A stretch of 23,173 nucleotides of DNA, from positions 1 to 23,173 of the forward strand of contig JAYTHY010000110.1 in the NCBI GenBank assembly GCA_043732185.1, read 5' to 3'. Positions 17,044 to 23,173 of this stretch are shown here, piece by piece. The position numbers and the translations under genes are program-made. This stretch comes from Fibrobacteria bacterium (GTDB lineage Bacteria; Fibrobacterota; Fibrobacteria; UBA11236). The first letter of the stretch is position 1, and every line of letters starts with the position of its first letter. Under the pieces are notes generated by a model. It worked only from the letters and a program-made list of their open reading frames with translations. It was not told where the DNA came from and did not search any database.

Positions 17044-17886
17044 ATGGCTTACGGATTCACACCATCGGGTACCCTGCCGCGCGCCATTCGTGTGCTACTA
17101 CTAGTCAATGTGGTGCTCTTCATGGTGGATTTTTCCACTCAAGGACAATATGTCCGGTATTGGTTAGCCCTCGATCCGCAGCGCACTTTGCACCAATTCG
17201 AACTGTGGCGACTCTTTACTTATTTGTTCGTGCATGATTTGAGCCCACCCTTTTTTCACATTCTCATCAATATGTTGCTGTTGTGGATGTTCGGTACCCC
17301 TTTGGTGGAAACCATGGGGGAACGGAAATTCTATTGGTTCTATGTGGCCACGGGTATTTTTTCCGGACTGTGTTCCTTGGTGTTCTACTCCTTCACCAAT
17401 AATCCGACCACTGTCATTGGCGCTTCCGGGGCCCTCTTTGGATTGATGTTCGCGTTCGCTAAGTTTTTTCCAACCCAGCAATTTCTGATTCTATTTATTT
17501 TTCCAGTCCAGGCTAGATACGCAGTCCTCATATTTGGCGGCATAGAATTGCTGTCCATCCTATCCAATGATCGCATTGCGCATATCACCCATCTGGGTGG
17601 AGCCCTTTTCGCCTGGCTCTATTTCAAATTTGAAGAACGCGGTGCCGAAGCCTTGGTGCGCTTTCAAAATCGCAAGGAAATCAAAGTGCAGAAGGCGGTT
17701 AAAAAGTCGGCGGAGGAACTTGGACAGCTTATGGTGGATATCGATCCTATTCTGAAGAAAATCTCCCAGTCCGGAATGAACTCCCTGAGCAAGGATGAAA
17801 AGGAAAAACTTGAAAAAGCCAGTGAGCTCAAGCGTAAACAAAAATCCAAGATTATCAGTTTGGAAGAGTACCGCAAGCGTCAATAA
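17044..17886 (+). CDS. Rhomboid intramembrane serine protease with a DUF6576-like C-terminal tail
   Basis: WR..TY.F.H, HIL.NML.LWMFG, catalytic GASG and AH..HLGG, tail ID.IL.KI..SG..SL...EK..L. Confidence 0.93.
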   Translation: MAYGFTPSGTLPRAIRVLLLVNVVLFMVDFSTQGQYVRYWLALDPQRTLHQFELWRLFTYLFVHDLSPPFFHILINMLLLWMFGTPLVETMGERKFYWFYVATGIFSGLCSLVFYSFTNNPTTVIGASGALFGLMFAFAKFFPTQQFLILFIFPVQARYAVLIFGGIELLSILSNDRIAHITHLGGALFAWLYFKFEERGAEALVRFQNRKEIKVQKAVKKSAEELGQLMVDIDPILKKISQSGMNSLSKDEKEKLEKASELKRKQKSKIISLEEYRKRQ

Positions 17887-17952
17887 CCGCCGATTTTAAT
17901 TCAGCCATTCCAAACTATTCCATACCAGGCCATGGCTTGCCAGGTCGGGAAA

Positions 17953-20379
17953 TTAGAACGGGGAACGATAAGAGACGCGGCCACTCCAATAAACTGACCA
18001 GCCCGCTCCGCTGCTGCCCCAGCCTACGCGCAAACTGTTAATGGCCAAGGCGTCGTAGAGGCGGCCTTGAAAGCGCAAGCCGCCACCCAAGCGCTGGTAG
18101 TACTGAAGGGCATTGGGCATTTCCTCGCGCCAAATTCCTGGACCCGCCCAGAAGCCCGCGCCAAGCCGACTCCAGGCCTCTAGTCGGGTAGTCAGAAACA
18201 TATTGTCACGCGCTGTGGCTTCTTTGATGATTCCATCCACCACGCCGGAATACTGCTGAGCAAAGTCCAAAATGGCGTTCCCGTAAATGAAATGAAGGTT
18301 GGAGGTATCTGCCACTACTATAGCCTGATTGACATGACCCTGCATTTCGAATTCGACTTTTCCCAAAGCTTGATTCGGAAAAGTCCATTCGCCCAATAAC
18401 CGGCCATACACGCCACCCGTGGCTACTTTGGAGTTGGGGAAGCGCATGGTCAATCCGGCATCCACCCAAAGCCTGCGCCCGCGTTTTTCATTTTCTCTCC
18501 CCATCAGATTGCCGCCGAAAAAGAGATAAGGCCAATGTCTTTGTCCGCTCAAACCCTTGACGCCCATCCGGTTCAAGTCGGCGGTAAAAATACCCATTCG
18601 ACCCGTTCCAAAATCCGCCGTGACTGTCCAAGTGCTGACACCGCCTTCCACCTTATTGTCCAAGAACCAAGCCAAGGGTCTTTCCGCTTGTTCCACCTGA
18701 TAAACCACCCACTGCGCATCCATATGGCCACTGGGATCTTTTGCAATCAAATGCGCCGTATACGTTCCGGGATAGGTTGGATTCAAAACCAGCCTTGATC
18801 CATCCCATTCCAATTGTGGGTCGGCAATCGGATCCGCGCTGATCGACACGGGATCGTTATCGGCGTCAATGGCTACGGGTAGGTAACTTGCGTATTGCCC
18901 GGTGCGAAGGTGCCAGACACCGAGTTCACTGGCGAAATAAGGGGCGTGGTTGGGTTGTACGGGAATGCTCACCGCCTCTTCGACGCGTTTACCCTGGACA
19001 TCAAATACGAAAACCAGCGTGTACAGTTCTGCCCCCATGGGTCTTAGGTAAAGGGATCCACTTTGATAGACAGTGGAGTCCGGTCCAGTCACGGTGGTTA
19101 AGGTGATGCCTTGTTGGGCCCAGGCAATGGCCGAGGCACCGGCTTCCCATCTATAAATCTTGCCTTGCTGCAAAGTGTCCCAAGGTAGGCTGGGTTTAAT
19201 GCCTTCGCTCCAAAGCATGTCCGAGGCCGGAATTATTTTGATGACAAACTGGTTCTCCGTTTGGCCACCAGCCGGGTCTTCTAAGCGCAGCTCCAGTATA
19301 GCTTCCTCTCCGGCGCGGTCCACGGATGGGTACCATTGAAATCGTTTCCCAATAGAATCGAATTCCATACCGGGTGGCATTTTGAGACTCCGCACCATAA
19401 TCTGTGAACCTTCATGATCGGGATCCACGGCTTCAACTTGAAAACTCCACAATTGCCCAGCTACTGCAACGGGCTTGGGAGGATTCGCCAGCTTGGGTGC
19501 GATGTTTCCGCGAACCAATAAGGTGATGGCCATGGTATCAAATAATCCGGATTTGTTACGGGCTTCCGCTAAAAGTCGCCATTGGCCTTCCAATTCTGGT
19601 GTACCCAATAAGGTGTGACTGACCGCGTCCCATGTTAAGCCTTTGGGGAGATCGCCAAATAAAGAGTAGTGGAGCACACCGGCAGGTTCGGATGGGTCTG
19701 CGGCCCAAGCCTGCCATTGATAGGGATGACCGACAAATATTTTTCCCGGTGCATGGGAAACAAAGCGGGGCATACCCTGCAGTGGAACACGGCGCACGGT
19801 GGCATACTTCAATTGGTCGAGAAACTCGTCAGGAGCCAGTAGCACCAGGCTTGCTCCATCAAAAATAATGGCCATCTGTTCTCGGGCCGGAATGCCTCCA
19901 AAAGTGTCCTCCAGGATTTTCAAAAGTTCGGCGCCCAATTGATACGCCTTTTTTTCGCGCGTGCCCGTAACCAGCTTGGCACGGGATTCCCACGTGGGAA
20001 CGGTGGCCCGAGCCTGCACGCGCACCAGCGGAGACACTTTGAGATGGCTCAGGGCGCCCTCATCCTGCAAGGTTTGCCAGACATCCGCGTCGATGAGCAC
20101 GGCCTTATCCTGAAACCGCATGATGTCGCCTTGGGTAAGTCCGAGGTTGGGATCGTGCACCAGAAAAACAGGTTGTCCCTTGGCTTTGAAGCGACCCATT
20201 AACTTGGTACCGATGGCTTCGTCTTGCAAAACGGTTAGGCCATAATGGTTGAGCGGCTCAGCACCATTGCGTGCCAAAGTCGGTACCTGAAAGACGATTA
20301 TCATCCAAATGAAAATAAGGATGGGCCATATTTCAAAAGCCCAAATACCAGTCACGCAACCATGACGCTTAATGAACAT
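17953..20379 (-). CDS. Large exported protein with cadherin/putative-Ig repeats and a predicted C-terminal outer-membrane beta-barrel
   Basis: N-terminal hydrophobic segment. Repeats contain LP.GL.WD..S.TL.GTP, N.AP, A.DPD, MPPGM.FD...F.W.P and AIDADND. The last ~240 aa are amphipathic Gly/aromatic strands ending ...VSYRSPF. Confidence 0.7.
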   Translation of the reverse strand: MFIKRHGCVTGIWAFEIWPILIFIWMIIVFQVPTLARNGAEPLNHYGLTVLQDEAIGTKLMGRFKAKGQPVFLVHDPNLGLTQGDIMRFQDKAVLIDADVWQTLQDEGALSHLKVSPLVRVQARATVPTWESRAKLVTGTREKKAYQLGAELLKILEDTFGGIPAREQMAIIFDGASLVLLAPDEFLDQLKYATVRRVPLQGMPRFVSHAPGKIFVGHPYQWQAWAADPSEPAGVLHYSLFGDLPKGLTWDAVSHTLLGTPELEGQWRLLAEARNKSGLFDTMAITLLVRGNIAPKLANPPKPVAVAGQLWSFQVEAVDPDHEGSQIMVRSLKMPPGMEFDSIGKRFQWYPSVDRAGEEAILELRLEDPAGGQTENQFVIKIIPASDMLWSEGIKPSLPWDTLQQGKIYRWEAGASAIAWAQQGITLTTVTGPDSTVYQSGSLYLRPMGAELYTLVFVFDVQGKRVEEAVSIPVQPNHAPYFASELGVWHLRTGQYASYLPVAIDADNDPVSISADPIADPQLEWDGSRLVLNPTYPGTYTAHLIAKDPSGHMDAQWVVYQVEQAERPLAWFLDNKVEGGVSTWTVTADFGTGRMGIFTADLNRMGVKGLSGQRHWPYLFFGGNLMGRENEKRGRRLWVDAGLTMRFPNSKVATGGVYGRLLGEWTFPNQALGKVEFEMQGHVNQAIVVADTSNLHFIYGNAILDFAQQYSGVVDGIIKEATARDNMFLTTRLEAWSRLGAGFWAGPGIWREEMPNALQYYQRLGGGLRFQGRLYDALAINSLRVGWGSSGAGWSVYWSGRVSYRSPF

Positions 20380-20387
20380 GCCACATC

Positions 20388-20933
20388 CTAATAGCCCCGT
20401 TTGGTCCGGGTCCAGGTACGAAATTTTTCTTCCATGGCTTTGGAGTCTTCGCGGGACCCATAATCGACGCTATCCGAAGCGGGAAACCAAATGGATTCTT
20501 CCTGACTCCAGATCAGTTTGCCACGCCTAAAACTGCGGGAGTGACCGCGCCCCAGCACACTCATGGCGATGAAACTTCCGTCATTCAAATTGTGACGCAA
20601 CACCGTGAGATTGCTGTCAGCGGAAGCGGCCTCAAGATAGACGACTTTTTGCACGTCGGATTCAGCGAGGCTCGCACGCTTGCCTTCCAGTCCAAACGCT
20701 GTGCGATAGGGAAGGACTCGCAAGGAATCCCCAGGATGTGCAAGCACCCAGGCGGCTTGCAGAGTCCAATATTGATCCCCGCGCGCGACGATGGTTTTTG
20801 CTTTATCGAGATTGACCAACGGTACCATAAAGATGAGGCGTAATAGGAGCAGCACCGTCATTACGGTAAGCACATCCTCGAAGGAAATAGACTCGCCCAT
20901 TTCCACCCTGGCATGGCGACGCACGCGGCTCAT
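20388..20933 (-). CDS. Single-TM ExbD/MotB-like partner with an unrecognised periplasmic domain
   Basis: Basic N-terminus (RVRRHAR), then ISFEDVLTVMTVLLLL with Asp20 at the start of the TM. ATGA overlap with the upstream MotA/ExbB-like gene. Confidence 0.6.
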   Translation of the reverse strand: MSRVRRHARVEMGESISFEDVLTVMTVLLLLRLIFMVPLVNLDKAKTIVARGDQYWTLQAAWVLAHPGDSLRVLPYRTAFGLEGKRASLAESDVQKVVYLEAASADSNLTVLRHNLNDGSFIAMSVLGRGHSRSFRRGKLIWSQEESIWFPASDSVDYGSREDSKAMEEKFRTWTRTKRGY

Positions 20934-22021
20934 TTTTTATTTTCTCCCATGGGTTCCGGTGTCACGCGCAATTGAGCGGGTGCCACAGCCTGCTGCTTGG
21001 TTTGAATGAACCCGCGGTATTGCTTTTCATATTCCACCATCTCGGCAATGCGCTTGCCCACAGATGCCTGCACCAGGGAAAGGCTCTCAATCTGTTTGGT
21101 GGTTTTGGCCATGGCGTCTATCGCCCTGTTCAGATTGCGATCCATTTCAAGTTGTGTTTGCATGAGCTTGGCTTCTAATGTGGACTGGCTTTCAAGGGCT
21201 AGTCGATGCTGCGCGTCCGCGCTGTATTGTTTACGGACCCAAGGTTGTAATCGGGTTAAATTCCAATCATTGATATGGCTATTGACCATATCAAAACCGC
21301 CCAATGCCCGCTCCAATATTTGCACCGTCACCAGTTCAATTAAAATGGAAAGGGCCGTGGCACCCAAAGTCACCAAGATGGCAAACTCATCGCCGTCGAT
21401 GGCTTTGGAAATGTCGCGGATAAAACGCATTTCCCCTTCACTGTCTGCGAGACCCATAACCGCGCGCTTCATGGGCGGGAAGGTTAGAATGAGTCCATAC
21501 AAAGTTCCTAAGAAACCCACCTTTAGCGTGGTGCGGTTCATGGACACATGCAAGGAAACCGAACGACTGTCGTGATGGGCGCGGCGATCCCAGGCATTAT
21601 CGAGGAGAGATTCCGATCCCAAAGTTTCGCCCCGGAGACCGAGTTCAATCCAGCGCAACAGCAAATCGCGCAGGTGGCCGGGTGGTGCCTTCTCCAAAAG
21701 TTTATCCCTGAGTAGTGTCAAATCCGGTTCATCACCTGATTCTGCAAGTACGGCCACGGCCTTGGCGGTATTTCGCACACCGCCCAGCACGCGCTTCATT
21801 TGAAAAATCGCCATCACTTGTCCGGTGGAAAATATGGCGAAAATAATCACCATAAATGGATTCATGTACCAAATAGGATCCAATCGGAAAAATCCGAAGG
21901 TGGCAATGAGCAAAATTGGAATAGGCACCAGAAAAGAAATACGCACGGTCTTGCGAATCGCCATTAGGGTCCGCTGGGCTTGAGCCAGGGGATTTTCAGA
22001 AAGCTTCAAATTATTGACCAT
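20930..22021 (-). CDS. Divergent MotA/TolQ/ExbB proton-channel family protein with a C-terminal coiled-coil tail
   Basis: Two N-terminal TMs, a soluble helical segment, signature VGFLGTLYGL, A.LVTLG in the last TM, then about 125 aa of helical tail. Confidence 0.75.
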   Translation of the reverse strand: MVNNLKLSENPLAQAQRTLMAIRKTVRISFLVPIPILLIATFGFFRLDPIWYMNPFMVIIFAIFSTGQVMAIFQMKRVLGGVRNTAKAVAVLAESGDEPDLTLLRDKLLEKAPPGHLRDLLLRWIELGLRGETLGSESLLDNAWDRRAHHDSRSVSLHVSMNRTTLKVGFLGTLYGLILTFPPMKRAVMGLADSEGEMRFIRDISKAIDGDEFAILVTLGATALSILIELVTVQILERALGGFDMVNSHINDWNLTRLQPWVRKQYSADAQHRLALESQSTLEAKLMQTQLEMDRNLNRAIDAMAKTTKQIESLSLVQASVGKRIAEMVEYEKQYRGFIQTKQQAVAPAQLRVTPEPMGENKK

Positions 22022-22023
22022 GG

Positions 22024-23172
22024 TCAGGCTCCAGGCAAGTTCAGGATGGAATTTTGCATACGTAACCGGACTGCTACGCCTAGGTTGAAATTACGCAAAC
22101 TGCGATAGGCGAGGTCTAGCCGCAGAAAGGCTATTCTAAAATTGGTGGGATAGGCTTGGGGATGGGGAAGCATCAAAGCCAGGTCGGGAATATCAAACCA
22201 AACCCTAGTGGCCATTTGGCTGGAAGCGATTACAATACCGGTTCCCCAGGTGCCGAAAAGCGCGGGCATTTCATCCAGGGAAACGGTATGAATGGCCATG
22301 TGATAGGCGTCTTTGTCGAAATGAACCGCATAACGCAAATAGCCCAGCCGCGCATCTACCGTATGCGCTAAGTTACCGGACTTTTCCAATTTAGATCCCG
22401 TCCACTGTGTGACCACTCGGCCGGGTTGATGCGTTGTTATCGCCTTAGTGGCACGGGTTTCCAACCAGAAAAATTCCGGTAAAGGCTGATTGGCCAATGC
22501 GACGGTATATTTGAGTCCGGGGAGGCCCGCTGAAAGCGACCACGCCCAGTACGCATTGCCCCAGAAGGCACTGGCGGATTGATTGAGAGAATTGCCTAAT
22601 GGCGTACTCCGCAATTGTTGCCTATCCAGTTCGGCTTGGGTAATACCGCCGCCAAATTGGTCTCGGTGGATTTCCAGTCCTAGGAGGTAATGACGGTACA
22701 GCTTTTGAGACCAAGCGAAATCCAAATTCCGTTGCAACTGTGGCTGCGTGGAGGGGAGTGCACTTATCGATGTAGAAATGCCTACGAGAACAGAAGCCGG
22801 CCACTCGGTCCAGGCCAGCAAGGTTTCTCGATTGAAATGCATGGACTTCCAAAGTAAAGGAACTTCCTGTATCTCGGCTCCGTCCTCCACATATCGCCAT
22901 CCCACACTTCGTCCCTTCTGGCAACTTGCGGCGGCAGCTTCCCAATCTGTCCAACTCATTCGGCCCGACTCCGTTCCATTTCTAATCAGACAAACAGTGT
23001 TTTCTGCTGACTGGCCAGCAGGCATTGTAAGGGAATCCGGATTGAAAAGAATTCGATAGTCTCCCGGCGGTGGAACAGAATCAGGATGGACGATTTCCCA
23101 AACCTGCGTGATGAGCGCCGGGTCGGTCAGTTCCAATAGTAGAGGCGTGGAATTTTCACTTTGTACGGACTG
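22024..23172 (-). CDS. Hypothetical protein, 5'-truncated, possibly an outer-membrane beta-strand protein
   Basis: Frame stays open upstream of the TTG at 23136 to the window edge. It is Trp-rich with many amphipathic strands (YLLGLEIH, LRYAVHFD, FLRLDLAY, FNLGVAVRL). Its stop is 2 nt from the next start. Confidence 0.6.
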   Translation of the reverse strand, partial: QSVQSENSTPLLLELTDPALITQVWEIVHPDSVPPPGDYRILFNPDSLTMPAGQSAENTVCLIRNGTESGRMSWTDWEAAAASCQKGRSVGWRYVEDGAEIQEVPLLWKSMHFNRETLLAWTEWPASVLVGISTSISALPSTQPQLQRNLDFAWSQKLYRHYLLGLEIHRDQFGGGITQAELDRQQLRSTPLGNSLNQSASAFWGNAYWAWSLSAGLPGLKYTVALANQPLPEFFWLETRATKAITTHQPGRVVTQWTGSKLEKSGNLAHTVDARLGYLRYAVHFDKDAYHMAIHTVSLDEMPALFGTWGTGIVIASSQMATRVWFDIPDLALMLPHPQAYPTNFRIAFLRLDLAYRSLRNFNLGVAVRLRMQNSILNLPGA

Positions 23173-23173
23173 C

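Noticed and set aside
20388..22021. Calling the motor pair Zorya zorAB, flagellar motAB or exbBD/tolQR
   Set aside because: No OmpA-like domain in the B subunit, and no zorC/D/E, flagellar, tonB or tolAB genes in the window. Only family-level signatures are supported.

Overview
Gene-dense bacterial chromosomal window of roughly balanced GC content. No rRNA, tRNA, CRISPR array or transposase was seen. It is tentatively Fibrobacterota/FCB-like, inferred from the C-terminal module of the VWA protein and abundant D-[ST]-hydrophobic motifs in exported proteins. Left to right: 5'-truncated pyrG; a REC-GAF-like-degenerate HD-GYP regulator; three minus-strand genes (lyase-fold lipoprotein, GyrI-like protein, secreted VWA protein); a single-ORF fusion of mobile mystery protein A (XRE HTH) and B (Fic, degenerate motif) behind two palindromic boxes; a four-gene sugar-phosphate operon (class II aldolase, SDR, divergent PHP-fold protein, Zn-MDR) transcribed divergently from a close AraC homologue across an araI1/araI2-like promoter; a DUF6526-like gene; comEA-pilM-pilN(O)-rsmD-coaD-rhomboid; and a minus-strand operon with a possible outer-membrane protein, a MotA/ExbB-like channel with a long tail, an ExbD/MotB-like partner without a recognisable periplasmic domain, and a cadherin/Ig-repeat beta-barrel protein. 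The best candidates for an undescribed system are the ion-motor/Ig-barrel operon and the AraC-controlled pathway lacking araA/araB. All family calls come from motif recognition by eye, not database searches.
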